From contig OZ024742.1 in the NCBI GenBank assembly GCA_964016885.1, forward strand, positions 90,148,001-90,212,000: 64,000 nt of DNA, written 5' to 3'. A model generated the notes under the pieces. It was given only the letters and a program-made list of their open reading frames with translations, had not been told where the DNA came from and did not search any database. The position numbers and the translations under genes are program-made. This document shows, one piece after another, positions 27,790-40,990 of this stretch (its first letter is position 1; each line of letters begins with the position of its first letter). Origin of the DNA: Eledone cirrhosa (taxonomy: Eukaryota).

Positions 27790-28890
27790 AAAGACACTTT
27801 TGTGTAAAATTATCGACAGCAAATGCCTACAGCAATGGTATGTCCCACTGCGGCCTCTGTAATTTAGAACTGCTGCATATTTTAAGAGACGATAGGATGC
27901 TGCTTAACAGCAAAATAGAAAAATCCATTTTCTGTAGGCATAAAATAGCTACTAGATTTACGAACTTCAAACCACCATGATTTGAACCAGCAATCCCAAA
28001 ATTAGTACTGAACCACTAGATTTTAATATATTGAATACACACCATCGCACCACTATTAGCTATCAAACAGCCAACTGATCACTGGAACATAAATCTCTGT
28101 ACACTTCTTCCACCCTCTCTCCATCAACCTCATTAAGATAGAACAACCAGCAAAACATCTACAACAAACGTTTATCAAACGCCCTGTCAGCCCATAAGTA
28201 TCATACATTAATTAATCTCTAATTTATTATCTTTCCTTTATCGGACCCTCCACACAAATTTATCTACATCTCAAATCTGGTTTCTCATGTTAGCACCAAA
28301 AAACACTTCCTCAAAAACTACTAAAATCTAATTCTACGTACACTCTCTCATTCTTATTTCTTTTATTTCTTTGTATCCTCCATTTCCTCATGTTCTTATT
28401 ATTATTATTACTTTTTAATGTACTCTATCTTATATTTTACTTTTTTACATCTGTAACATCCCTATCTATTTACCATACATATTTTACTATTGATGTTATT
28501 GTTTATTTAAAATGTTATTATTGATGTTATTGTTTTGGTGTTACGCTACTTTTCTATATAAGTCTTGCCTCGAGTGAACTATTTTCATATGTACGTGCTT
28601 TTATGTATTAGAGTCGATTGACGCAACCTCAAGCGATTAGCGAACTCTAGACACACCTGATCAACGAAACAATTGTCAGTACTTTAAATAAAGCCCTTAT
28701 TGTACAGCCAACTATGTTACTCTTCTTTCTTTAACTATTATTACTCCAAGTATAACCTACATAGAAATTAGCGCGAACTCGCTGCATAGCTATGAAAACA
28801 TCTTGTTGAGTCAAACAAAGCCGTACGTTAAAACGATCCACGACGCGGAGTACTCTAACTGGATTACCTATAACGACAACTTGTTATCCC
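27790..28890 (+). mobile_element. 3' end of a PLE (C-terminal CxLC..LLN..CRH tail plus UTR with a half HHR)
   Basis: ANAYSNGMSHCGLCNLE..LLNSKIEKSIFCRHK; GAAA-CAAUUG-UC at 28666. Confidence 0.7.
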
Positions 28891-29478
28891 ATATATATAT
28901 ATATATATATAAGTTTAAATTTGGTGGTTTACCACTGGATAGAATTGGTCATTCTGCAATTTTAATCATGACGTAATATGGAAAAATCACTCGTAGTTTG
29001 CAACACATCCATCTTCAATGTTGAATCTTGCTGGTGATGCGGGAACGGAGTAAATGTATTATAAAGTGAAATGACAAGAGGCCAAATATGTTGAATTTCC
29101 TTAATTTCTTATTACTGTAAACAGTCCTTAAAGCAGCTCCCTCCCCCATCCCACGTAAACTTGAGTGGATGAATCTATCGCAATGTTGCTACATGCATTC
29201 GCTACTCCTCCTCTAGCAATAAAGCACCAGCGCAACATAATTTAGCATTCCTCTCAAATACTATACTTCCACAGCAAGCAGGACTCGTGAATCCATTTTT
29301 CGATAAAATCTGGGATTCACAGCAAATTTGAGTCACCTTGTTATAAACCTGGGTGTGTTCCACAATAACCTAAAATAAAAATTAAAATAACGAATGTTAA
29401 TATTGGTTAAATTTAGCAACGATATTAGTAAAATTGACATACATTCACACTTGATGTATATTTATATGTGTATATATA

Positions 29479-32400
29479 TCTATATATATAAATCTGAGGA
29501 TGTGTGTGTTAAGGTTTGTAACGGATTCCCGTCCACAACTTCCGACGGATTCTATTCAAAGTCAGGACAATTATTGCTTTTGGTCAGGAAAAGGTCATGA
29601 AGCAAAAAGAAATGTTAATCCATCAACAATAAGGGCAAAAATCGAACATGATCATTCCCCCTCGCTATAATTTAACTGTTTTACTCTCTCTCTGTCGCTC
29701 TTCACTCCCTAAATGACAACACTGCAGAGAGAGAAACAATGTGTATGATCAAATGGAGCGTTTCGTATATTCTCTCTCTCTATAATTTAACTGCTTTACT
29801 CTCTCTGTCGCTCTTTACTCCCTATATGACAACACTGCGGTGAAGCATTCCGTATTGAGCGTTCCGTATTGACATACGGCTTATATGGTGCATTATATAA
29901 ATCGAAATGTAACCCGTGAAATTTTTCCTAGGCAAAATTATTCGAACAGACATGACCTTATTGCCAGAGTGTTCAGACTGAAACTGGCTAAACTCATGGC
30001 TTTTATCAAAAAGGGTCAGGTACTTGGGGCTGTAAAATGTGACATGTTCACCGTCGAATGGCAAAAGCGAGGGCTGCCACATGCTTACATTTTGATTTGG
30101 TTAGCTGATAAAATCAAATCAAATGCCATAGACAGCTTCATTTCGGCTGAAATCCCTAACCCTGCAACTGACCAGGAATTACATGATATCAGCAAAGCTA
30201 ACATGGTCCGTGTGCCTCGGGTCCTAATGAGCATCACACGTGTCTGAAAGAGGGCTCGTGCAGTAAGGGATACCCAAAAAAATGTGTTGACCAGACTCAG
30301 ACTGTTGGCGACAGGTACCCCCTGTACAGGCCCGAGACGGCCTGAGAACGATGGCTTCACCACAACAGTAAAGGCAGGTCAAGTCGACAATAGATGGGTG
30401 GTCCCTTACTGCTCGCTTCTCTTGAAGATGTTCAACGCCCACATCAACGTTGAGATTTGAAACTCCGCCAAGTCGATAAAATACATATGCAAATATGTAA
30501 ATAAGGGCTCTGATGCCGCAATGTTCGCATTTCAAGCTGAAAATAGCAGGGATGAGGTTACAGAATACCTGGCGGGGCGGTACATCAGTAGCAAAGAAGC
30601 TTTTTGGCGCCTATTTGGTTTATCCCTACACCAACGGCACCCCGCCATCGTACAGCTTGCGGTACATTTGGAAAATGGGCAAAGGGTGTACTTTACGGAC
30701 CAAACCGCCGCCAAGTTGGCTGCCGATGCGAAAGAGACCATTCTGACGGGTTTCTTCAAACTTTGCCAGTTCGATGCATTTTCGCAAACAATTGTGTACC
30801 CCCAGGTTCTATCCTACTTTATATGGCCGAAAAACACTTGAGTGCGAAGAAAGTCAGGTCAGGCTGTTGAAAGACATCCTGGTGTAAAATTTGACAGCTG
30901 TCTTGGAAGGGTTTACACTGTGTCCCCAAGTCAGCATGAGTGCTTTCATCTCCGCCTTCTTCTGCATGAAATTGTAGGCCCACAAAGTTTTCAGGACCTT
31001 TGATGAAGAAATATGTGATACGTACCGGGAAGCCTGCTTTAAGCGTGGTCTTTTGGAAGGTGATTCGCAATGGGATTCCACTTTAGCATAGGGTGCTTTG
31101 TTGAAATCAACTAAAAGTCTACGAGAACTCTTTGCCATTTTGCTTCAAAAGTGTGAATTGGGTGATCCCAAATCTTTCTGGATCAAGTACAGAGACTTCA
31201 TGTCTGAGGACTTCCTGCGCCTGGCTCATCTGCAGTATCCTTCAGTGGAAGTTGGTTGCAGCGACATTATCTACAACAAGGCACTCATTGATATCGAGGA
31301 CGCTCTCCTCGACATTGTAGGGAACGAATTGGCGACGTATGGTTTGCTGTCAACCATCAGAGAGGACGCTAACACGTTGGCTCCGGATTTGTTGCGAGAA
31401 ACAGCATATGACATCGATTCTCTTTCCCAATACTTAGAGGAAAATGAGTCTAAACTTCTGTCGGACCAAAGGTTGGCTTATTTAACTATCATTGACGCGG
31501 TTCAAAATGAGACTGGGGGTATTTACTATCTCGATGCTCCTGGGGGTAATGGAAAAATCTTGGGAACAAAATTGATTCTCGCTAAGATTCGTCAGGAGAA
31601 AAAAATTGCGTTGGCCGTTGCATCATCCTGGATCGCTTCTACTTTGCTGCCGGGAGGCAGGACAGCACACTCAACCTTAAACTCCCCTTGGATTTAGTAA
31701 AAACTGAGACACCAACATACAATATCAGCAAGAGTTCACACGAAGCTCTGGTTCTCAAAAAATGTTACCTCATTGTTTGGGATGAGTGCACAATGGCACA
31801 CAAGGGTGCGCTTGAGGCATTGGACAGGACTCTGAAAGACATTAGGGATTCTACGGCTCCTATGGGTGGCGTAACCCTTCTGCTATCAGTGGATTTTCGG
31901 CAAACGCTGCCTGTCATCCCCAAAGGGACAAGAACTGATGAAGTGCGTGACTGCCTTAGGTTGACCGTGTTTGGCCCCAGGTGAAGAGTTTGTAGCTGAG
32001 CACAAATGTGAGTGCTCATTTGCATGGTGACAACATGTCTGCAGCATTTTCTAACATTTTAACATTTGGTGAGGGCAATGTTCCTGCGGATGACAAGGGC
32101 GGCATAGCAATCGACTCTCTGTGCAACATTGTGAGCATCCCTTCTGACCTTTGGGAAGCAGTTTTTCCTAATATCTTTAATAACTTTAAAAACTTCGATT
32201 GGCTCAGCGAAAGAGCCATCCTTGCTCCGAAAAATCCCATGGTTAATTTTATTAACGAGCAGCTGATTAAGAAGATTCCCGGTAAAGAGCACATCTTCAA
32301 ATCTATCGACCTGACGTCAGACCCCGTCGATATCGTTAATTATCCGGTTGAGTTATTAAATTCCCTTGAGCCCCCAGTGCTCCCACCTCACATTCTTAAG

Positions 32401-33070
32401 CTTAGGGTTGGCTGTCCCATTATGCTAATAAGGAACATGCGTCCACCAAAGCAGTGCAACGGTACTCGCATGGTCGTCAAGTCACTGACGCCTCAATTGG
32501 TTGAGGCCACCATTGTAACGAGGTGCGGGAGAGGGGAGAATGTTCTCATTCCAAGGATGAACCTTTTCCCCTCGGCGTCAGATATCACGTTCTATTTCCG
32601 GCGAATCCAATTCCCGGTGAGACCATGTTTTGCCAAGTCACAAGGGCAAACATTGTCGGTGGCGGGCATCCATTTGGGAGAACCATGCTTCGCCCATGGC
32701 CAAATTTATGTTGCCTATTCTCGCGTAGGGAGCAGGAATGGACATTTTGCTTACACTCCTCAAGGGATGACACCCAATATCGTCTACAAATAGGTGCTAT
32801 AGATGTTGATGCAAGTGTTGGAGGTGTTGGAGCAATGCCGTCTAGAAAACTATTTCCTGGTAGGGTCACCCTTGCTAAATTCGGTATTGGAAGATTATTA
32901 ACCCATCATTGATTGTCCAAAATGCTAATTGGTTCGTAACTTTTAATAACCGGTTCAACTGCTTTATGTACTTAATTGATAAGCTTATTCGCTTTCAAGC
33001 AACGTTTACCTGGATGTAACTTTTCATAGAAAATGAACAAACCTGAGCAAGGCCGGGCTAAACTGCAACT
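29479..33070 (+). mobile_element. Helitron with internally deleted, pseudogenised Rep-PIF1 helicase
   Basis: 5' TCTATATATATA start; Rep motifs VEWQKRGLPHAYIL and IKYICKYV.KG; helicase motifs LDAPGGNGK, GRTAHS, IVWDECTM, DFRQTLPV, KSQGQT, HGQIYVAYSR; 3' CCTGAGCAAGGCCGGG hairpin. Confidence 0.92.
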
Positions 33071-33556
33071 ATATATATATATGTGTGTGTGTGTGTAGCT
33101 AGAACGAGAGAGAGTGAGAGAGATATTTAATCAACTTAAAAATCCGTATGTTGTAGCGCCCACAACGGTGTTGGGGAGAACAAAGTTCCTGCTTTTCGAG
33201 CCAGTTCATCTCATTAACAATCGTATCACACCGACTATTGATTTGTAATTGGCATCTGGGTTGCTCCATTATTCCTAATAATTTGTTTCGGGCATCAGTA
33301 TTTAAAGTAAGGTTGGGCAAAGGTAGAATAAAGGAGAAACTTACTATAATAACGGGTGGAGGGCGGGACTGTGTCTTGTTTATATTTTTTTTATCCGGTT
33401 AGTAAAATAAGTTGGATTACTTTGAATAAATAATGAATGAATATTATATAATTTATGTACTAAATTTCGTAACGCTTCATTAAACAGAGATCATTTTATT
33501 GCTTATTCCATTTTGCTGTAGAGTTAGGTTCGTTAGTCAGTATGTGTATGTATAAT

Positions 33557-33738
33557 AATTGTTTCTACTTTAGGCACCATGCCAGCAATTACCCAGTACA
33601 TTACTAGTACTTTATTTTATCGACCCCGTAAGGATGAAAGGCAAAGTCAACCTCGGCGGGGTTTGAACTCAGATCGTAAAGGGGCGTAACTATGCTGGAA
33701 AACATGGCGTCCGACCCTCTACCGATACTGCCAATCCG
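33557..33738 (-). mobile_element. tRNA-derived SINE
   Basis: A box TGGCAGTATCGG, B box GAGTTCAAACCC and core GAGGTTGACTTTGCCTTTCATCCTTACGGGGTCGATAA. Same family as 56227. Confidence 0.85.
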
Positions 33739-33935
33739 TATAATAATGACAATTATTGTGTACAGCGCTCAGGTGCATTATAACTGTTGTTCTTCTTCTT
33801 TGATTTTTATAAAATTAGTATCACATATCAAATACAACTACAACCACCACCACCATCACCACCGCTTCAACTACCATATATATAGACAGAGCGGGAAAGA
33901 AAAAGAGAGACAGATAGATAGAGTGACAATGTGAC

Positions 33936-33986
<51 letters not shown>

Positions 33987-33990
<4 letters not shown>

Positions 33991-35935
33991 AATGACAGGA
34001 GGCTGGGCTGGTGTAATTCCTTAAAAGGTTTATTATACTATGATCATTTCAATGACCGGTTTCAGTACGAATCCGGTGATATCATCAAGTAATCGAAATA
34101 TAACAAAGGAATATAATAGACAAAATCCATGGGGCTGAAAATATTTTCAGGGCTTTTGGGATTCACTTTGGATATTCAGACTCGAACATACACTAGGTAT
34201 CACCTGATACCATTCCTACTCTTCCATCCTGTATATCTATATGTATAACATTGCATTCTCCAACCGTGCTATATATTGCCCATTTACTGCACCTTGATCT
34301 GTATTTTATTTCTTCTGTATTGTGATTTCTTCTATGTTCTTATATACTTCCTTTTTACTCCCTACATCACCACCCTAGGTATGACTGTATTTTGTATTTT
34401 ACTTATGGTATTACTTATGCATTTATTTACTCCCTTTACTCTCATTATATACGTATCCTTGTACTCATTAGCACACGACCCTATAATATTGCTCTCTGTA
34501 CCCTTATATCTGTCTATCTTTATTCACTCCCCCTACCCACCCAGGTATCATACTACATATAACCGGACTATCTATAGTCTATTTGCACATTTCATCAGAT
34601 TTTATCACTTTCAACTTCACATCACAGGTGTGAATAACTAATAATCGTTTGGTACACGCGATGATCCGACTGATGTGGCGGCTTTCCCGACTGCACACCA
34701 GTCGCTCGGGTCGATCAGCCTTCCTTGAGTGCCTAGAAAAATAAATTTCCCCTTCTTTCGGTAAACGAAAATACTCGGAACGGCTGCTTCGCCCTGGGGC
34801 CCTGTCGGACTTGGAACCCGCCTCGACACCGGTTATTGACTGCCAAACAGTACCTTTAAATTCTAGGCTTAATCATAACTTTTAATTTTATCTTGCCTCC
34901 TTCTACTAGCACTTAACTAAATCCCCCACCAGTGTGAATCACCAGTAATCGTTTGTTATATACCATGTCCGGCGGACGGTGGCGGACTTCCCGCTGGCAC
35001 ACCCGACGCTTATGACAGTTAACATTCCTGGGGTGCGCGGAAAAATAAATGTCCATTTCTTTCGCTAGACAATAATACCCGGAACGGCTAACACGCCATT
35101 GGGCCACGGGCTGGCCGGGGGTACGCTACGTCGCTAAGCATGGGTTTAATCTTTTCTCTGTATTCTACCCTGAAACTTTATCGTGACTATCTATAATACA
35201 CTTAAACTTTTTCATAACAGCCTCTTTCTATAAATTCTTTAACTAAATCTCACAACTTCAAACTTAAACCTTATTTTTCTAATTTCATCTTAAATGGCAT
35301 CTTCTAACTCTAAACATAAATTTAACGTTTCTAATTGTTAATCGAAATTTCTGTCCATACATTATACCATGCAGACGCCCACTATATATTACTATATATA
35401 GTTTTGTTAAGATATATGTTCTTTGATAAAATATTTTTCGCGGCACTTCTAGCACGCATGACCAGCTTGATTGTGACCTGACTTCAACGCTGGCCTCTGT
35501 CTTTGAAGGGATGGTAGTATTACGCTATAAGCCTACGCCCCTTCACCAAATAGACATATGTAGGCTTAATAATGACCATATGAGGGCGGCCGACTGGGGT
35601 AGAAGCTGGTAAATGTTCGGTCGCCTTCATGTCCCTGATTTTCAGCCTCATGGATCTTGTCTATTATATTCCTCTGTTATATTTCGATTAGGTGATGATG
35701 TCACCGGATTTATTCTGAACCCGGTCATTGAAATGATAATAGTATAATAAACCTTTTAATGAATTACACGAGTCCAGCCTCTGTTATTTTATAATAAGTA
35801 ACTCCGTACTCGCAACACCAACTACACAAACGAAGACGGGTGAGTTGCATTACGTTGAGTGCTCTCCATAATATTACATCGAGGTTGACGATACGGAATG
35901 ACCAGTTCTATCCAGTGGTGAACCAACAAACCTAA
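33987..35935 (+). mobile_element. Non-autonomous PLE-type element (family of 14878): inverted pseudo-LTRs 33987-34140 / 35640-35795 around a 1.5 kb non-coding interior; degenerate HHRs at 34035-34092 (-) and 35688-35745 (+)
   Basis: Sequence match to 14878-15475. Cores read UUGAUGA and GUGAUGA. Confidence 0.8.
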
Positions 35936-35990
<55 letters not shown>

Positions 35991-36000
35991 GGTGGATACC

Positions 36001-36044
<44 letters not shown>

Positions 36045-36048
<4 letters not shown>

Positions 36049-36250
36049 AACCAGTAAGACCCCGACAGCTGAGCTCAAGCCGTTTCGACGGCTAATTCTG
36101 GACGGCTAATTCCAGAATTAGCCGTCGAAACGGCTTGAGCTCAGCTGTCGGGGTCTTACTGGTTCCTATTACCCACTCTACTACCTCAAGTATTGAGTAC
36201 TTTGGTGCGTTATGGTCCACCTCACCTGGTTCCTTACCACATTTCCTTCG

Positions 36251-36255
<5 letters not shown>
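36045..36255 (+). mobile_element. 5'-truncated foldback PLE tail with the 3' half of an HHR; homologues at 55930-56065 and 63198-63333
   Basis: 36045-36101 is inverted at 36110-36168. GAAA-CGGCU..AGCUG-UC-GGG. Confidence 0.75.
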
Positions 36256-36292
<37 letters not shown>

Positions 36293-36492
36293 AGTGTAAT
36301 TTACTACACAAAACGAAGGTTATAGAGAAAATTGAGGTTGGTAATGGCACATGGAATATATAAGAGACAGAATACTTTTTTGTGAAAAAACATATAATTT
36401 TATAAGGTAAGGAAATAATAATAATATATATATATATATATATATTAAAATATAAGTATTAATAAAATAGATGTTCTTTTGATCAATTACAT

Positions 36493-36541
36493 TTTATTAT
36501 ACATATTTCGGATGTACAACAGTACGTCCTCGTCAGACAAA
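36493..36541 (-). ncRNA. Type I hammerhead ribozyme
   Basis: UUUGU-CUGACGA-GGACGUAC/GUACAUCC-GAAA-UAUGUA-UA-AUAAA. Confidence 0.85.
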
Positions 36542-36811
36542 ATATAATGATACATGACATATATAATTCTTATCGAGCCCTCTTCGGATTTTTTTCTTCA
36601 CGTTTTTTATTATTACTATATATATATACAGAGGTATCCACAGTAAGTTGTGGGGTCTATTCTGCATGAAGAACTCGATGTAATCCACATTTTGAAAATG
36701 TTGTAGGTTAAGATAAATCTCGGAAAACAATAAAACATTAAAAGGAAAACAGAGTCATGATATAAGTTAAAACAATGAAATAAAAAATCAAGTCATTAGA
36801 GATATACTTCA

Positions 36812-36949
36812 CTGCTTTACGATCGTTTCTAGATGATGATAATACATTGTAGCTATACTCAGTAATAGATCTATGTAAGGTTATTTACAAACTATCAGAT
36901 AAAGAGAATATTTACTTTCGTGCATATCACCAGCTGTTTTCAAAAGCAA
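36812..36949 (-). ncRNA. Hammerhead with U3-A8 core and greatly extended stem II
   Basis: UUGCUU-UUGAAAA-CAGCUGGUGAUA..UAUCAUCAUCUA-GAAA-CGAUCG-UA-AAGCAG. Confidence 0.7.
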
Positions 36950-38200
36950 TAATAATTTTTTTCAATAATGATTTTATTCTGAATTAGTAATATGTTAGTA
37001 TCATGTCCTTATTTGGAGTTAGTTGAAGAACTAACGAATCAAATTATTTTTTCATATGGTGTTAAGATGAAAAGTAATATACTTTAGTTGAGGAAAAGTA
37101 ATATACATTAGTTGATGGCAAAAGTAATATACTTTAGTTGAGGTCAAACTATTGGAAAAATCCCCCAAACATTTTCCACCAAACCACAGATACCACCATA
37201 TATTTAACAAATATACTGTTGAATTCTCATACTCTACATCAAGCAATCTCAAACAAAAAATAAGCAAGTACAACATTTATAAACTTTAAAATAATATGAC
37301 TACACCACCGCAGCATAAAAAGTCAAATAATACAATCCTTCAACCTAGAAAACACAACCACCCAAATCACCAACACAAAAACAACAGAACACAAAATCAC
37401 AATACAACCCGAACACCAAACCACCCACAAAGCAACCTTCATTCTCCTGCTATCATTAATTACAATAGAAATAGCTCAAGGATTAAGGAGAATAATATAT
37501 GCACCCCTAATAACCATCTTACGTATAGCTGTAATTGCAGAATTAGAAGCATTTGCCCTTAAATGGAAACTGTTTGAGTGATAATGTAAGATATAAATGC
37601 ACTGTGTCTACTACAGACTCCAACAAAACATATATAGGATCTACATGAAACACATTTATGAAAAGATTTTACGCACACTCTAGTAAAACTAGCTAACACC
37701 ACATCTTTAGCTGAAGCGGTAAATAATTATAAAAAGAAAAAAATAGATTTCAAGTTATCGTGGAACACCAATCTACAAAGAACTCCATATCTTGGGAACA
37801 GGAGGGAATGCAGATTATGTTCAGGGGAGATCTTGGAAATTACTAAATCTAAGGAAGATTTATTAAATAAAAGACAGGAAATGATCATAGTTTGTAATCA
37901 CCGTATACGAAAAACATTTAAATACTATAAACCTAATTAAATATTCTAAATAACAACTCACTATAATTCCATATAGAGTAACATGTATTAGTACCTCTTT
38001 CCCCTAATTATATGCATTCATGATTAGCTTTTGCCTTTTAATGTTTTAGCTTCATTAGATGTATGCGTTAATGACTAATGGCAACAAGATACACAACCGC
38101 CCGTAATTGCATGAGTAAATATATATCTATGTATGATATGGAAATATATTTATGTGTGTGAATGTATATATATGTATATGTGTGTATATGTATTTATGTA

Positions 38201-38232
<32 letters not shown>

Positions 38233-38682
38233 CTTGTATATTTGTGTATGTGTGTATGTGTATGTATGTATGTATATATATATACATGTGTGAATATATA
38301 TATATATGTATATATATATGTGTGTGTTTGTATTTGTGTATGTGTGAGTATAGATGTATGAGTGTTTATGTGAGTATGTGCACATGTATGAGGAGTGTAC
38401 ATATACTCAAAAATATATATATGTATATATATGTGTATGGGTGGGTGTGTCTATGTATATATATGTGTATTTATATGTATGTATATATATATATATATAT
38501 ATATTTCGTTCCCGAAAGGTCTATTTTCTAAGCGCTCATATATTCACCTAGCTTATGCTAACAGAATAACTATGTAGCTTGTTCCCTTCCTTTTACGGTT
38601 AGCCCTCCTCTTTGTTGTTATCTTGTCTCACTCGCTTTACGCGTTTTAATTGTCCTAATAACTTAATTTAGTTATTATTGCA

Positions 38683-38748
38683 CCGACGTGAGGTATATGA
38701 TTTTTAATGCAATGAAATATCTATGATCGTCGGCAAATCACTGATGAG
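38683..38748 (+). ncRNA. Candidate non-circularly permuted hammerhead ribozyme with kink-turn
   Basis: CCGACG-UGA-GGUAU-A-UGAUUU..U-GAAA-UAUC-UAU-GAU-CGUCGG-C-AAAUCA-CUGAUGA-G. Confidence 0.65.
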
Positions 38749-39197
38749 GGACTCATTTTATTACATGTTTTCCATGTGCAACCTGCAGTATTCTTCTCCC
38801 CATTTTTTCACATATATTTACCTAAACTGCGATTCTGTTTTTTTTCTCTCTCTCTCTCTTACTGCTCCCTCGTTCTCTCTGTTTCTCCTACTTTCTTTCG
38901 CCCCCTCTGTCATGTCAGTTAACTCTTCCTCACACTTCCACTCACTCACTCACTGTTTCTCCTCTTCTCACTTCACCCCGTTCGCGACGAAAACATTTTC
39001 TCTCTTTCTCACATTTGGATTCGTTCCCGAAAGGTCTTTTTTCTAAGCGCTCATATATTCACCTAGCTTATGCTAACAGAATAACTATGTAGCTTGTTCC
39101 CTTCCTTTTACGGTTAGCTCTCCTCTTCGTTGTTATCTTGTCTCACTCGCTTTACGCGTTTTAATTGTCCTAATAACTTAATTTAGTTATTATTGCA

Positions 39198-39263
39198 CCG
39201 ACGAGAGGTATATGATTTTTAATGCAATGAAATATCTATGATCGTCGGCAAATCACTGATGAG
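39198..39263 (+). ncRNA. Second copy of the permuted hammerhead
   Basis: Same motif, 515 bp downstream. Confidence 0.65.
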
Positions 39264-39326
39264 GGACTCATTTTATTACATGTTATCCATGTGCAACCTG
39301 CAGTATTCTTCTTCCCATTTTTTCAC

Positions 39327-39398
<72 letters not shown>

Positions 39399-40135
39399 TC
39401 CATCCACTGAATTATTTTTGTATAAGTTCCCTGTGTCCACGCATCGCCTGGGAACTTAGCTGAGAATTGACTTCCTGTTGACGAAAGGTATACTCCATGT
39501 TCCATTCGGAAACCATGTTTATTCCCTTTCAGAAACTAATTAGTTGGGGTGAAATTTTAGTAAGTAAGTTAATTTTTATAATTTTCGTATTTTACGTCTT
39601 TCATATAATTGTTCTGCATCCCCTTGCATTGAACCACAAAGTTACTAAGACAAAACCTGTATATTTGCTAGCAAAGGTATTCATCTGTATATATATGTTG
39701 GTAGATATGCTAATTATTTATAATTATCTCCAAATTATTTGTTGAGCAAAAATGTGCCAAAACTGCTACTATAGTTCATAGTAATAGTCCGGCTACTGTC
39801 TTATTAACACCCCACTCCTCACTGATTAACCTCGATGTCACGTGATTGATTCTTTTTAATTTGCCACAGACCAAGTAGGCAGTGATTTTTGCAATGTCTT
39901 GGAATTTAGTCCTCGCTTGCTTTTTTCCATTCACTGAATTATTTTTGTATAAGTTCCCTGTGTCCACGCATCGCCTGGGAACTTAGCTGAGAATTGACTT
40001 CCGATTGACGAAGGGTATTCTCCATGTTCCATTCAGAAACCATGTTTATTCCCTTTCAGAAACTAATTAGTTGGAGTGAAATTTTAGTAAGTAAGTTAAT
40101 TTTTATAATTTTCTTATTTTACGTCTTTCATATAT
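39399..40135 (+). mobile_element. Retrozyme-like element: 1.4 copies of a 527 bp unit; degenerate HHRs at 39470-39550 and 39997-40077
   Basis: Direct repeat. Cores read CUGUUGA and CGAUUGA with GAAA-CUAAUUAG-UU. Same family as 46437. Confidence 0.85.
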
Positions 40136-40803
40136 ATATATGCATGCGTGTAAATGTGTATTTAGATTAGCATCTATTTGTGCGTATGTATATTTTTGGT
40201 TAGATATCAAGTTAACTGTACCTCTCTCTATATATAGTGTGGGTATATGCACTTTGTAATCTATGAAATTTATCTGTTTTAACTATGCCAGCATGTATTT
40301 ACCTGAGTTTGATTATTTATGCATTAACCTACCTGATAGTATTATAGAGCGTATCATATGTTATGTTATACTAAATGCAATTTACCACACAGTACTATAT
40401 TGTGTTGGTTAAGTTGTATATAATCGCATTACTGTATTTCATTATCTTATTATAATTTTCATCTTTTAATATACTATCTTTCCTAGCCATAACCTTAATT
40501 TATATTCACCTTAAAACTCAATACAACACTAATCACCATTTATTTGACATTCCTTTTAAATTCACTATACCAGATACATTCAACTATCAGTTTGACAATC
40601 CCTTTCCTCCTAATAGATTTTTATACCAAATATACTATTAACACCCTTCAACGATTCCTTTCAAAGGGTCATGACTTCAACTAAAGTATATTACTTTTCA
40701 TATGAACACCATATGAAAAAAACAATTTGATTCGTTAGTTCTTCAACAGCCTCCAAATAAGGAGATGATACTAACATACTACTAATTCTGAATAAAATTA
40801 TTA

Positions 40804-40941
40804 TTGCTTTTGAAAACAGCTGGTGATATGCATGTAAGTAAATATTCTCTTTATCTGATAGTTTGTAAATAACCTTACATAGATCAATTACTGAGTATAG
40901 CTACAATGCATTATCATCATCTAGAAACGATTGTAAAGCAG
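40804..40941 (+). ncRNA. Hammerhead with U3-A8 core and extended stem II (3' pseudo-LTR copy)
   Basis: UUGCUU-UUGAAAA-..-GAAA-CGAUUG-UA-AAGCAG. Confidence 0.65.
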
Positions 40942-40990
40942 TGATGTACATCTCTAATAAGTTGATTTTTTATTTCATTGTTTTAACTTA

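Larger units (their letters stand above)
38505..39330 (+). mobile_element. Retrozyme-like element: 1.6 head-to-tail copies of a 515 bp non-coding unit, each with a permuted HHR
   Basis: TTCGTTCCCGAAAGGTC occurs at ~38505 and ~39020 (ORFs 38723/39238 give the 515 period). (TA)n flanks. Confidence 0.85.

Noticed and set aside
38741-39035. Ordinary HHR using CUGAUGA-GGGAC with distant GUUCCC-GAAA, or a SECIS / box C/D snoRNA reading of the same motif
   Set aside because: No matching stem I or III follows that GAAA and the pairing is not kept at 46075. The AUGA..GA spacing is too short for SECIS and there are no proper terminal C/D boxes.
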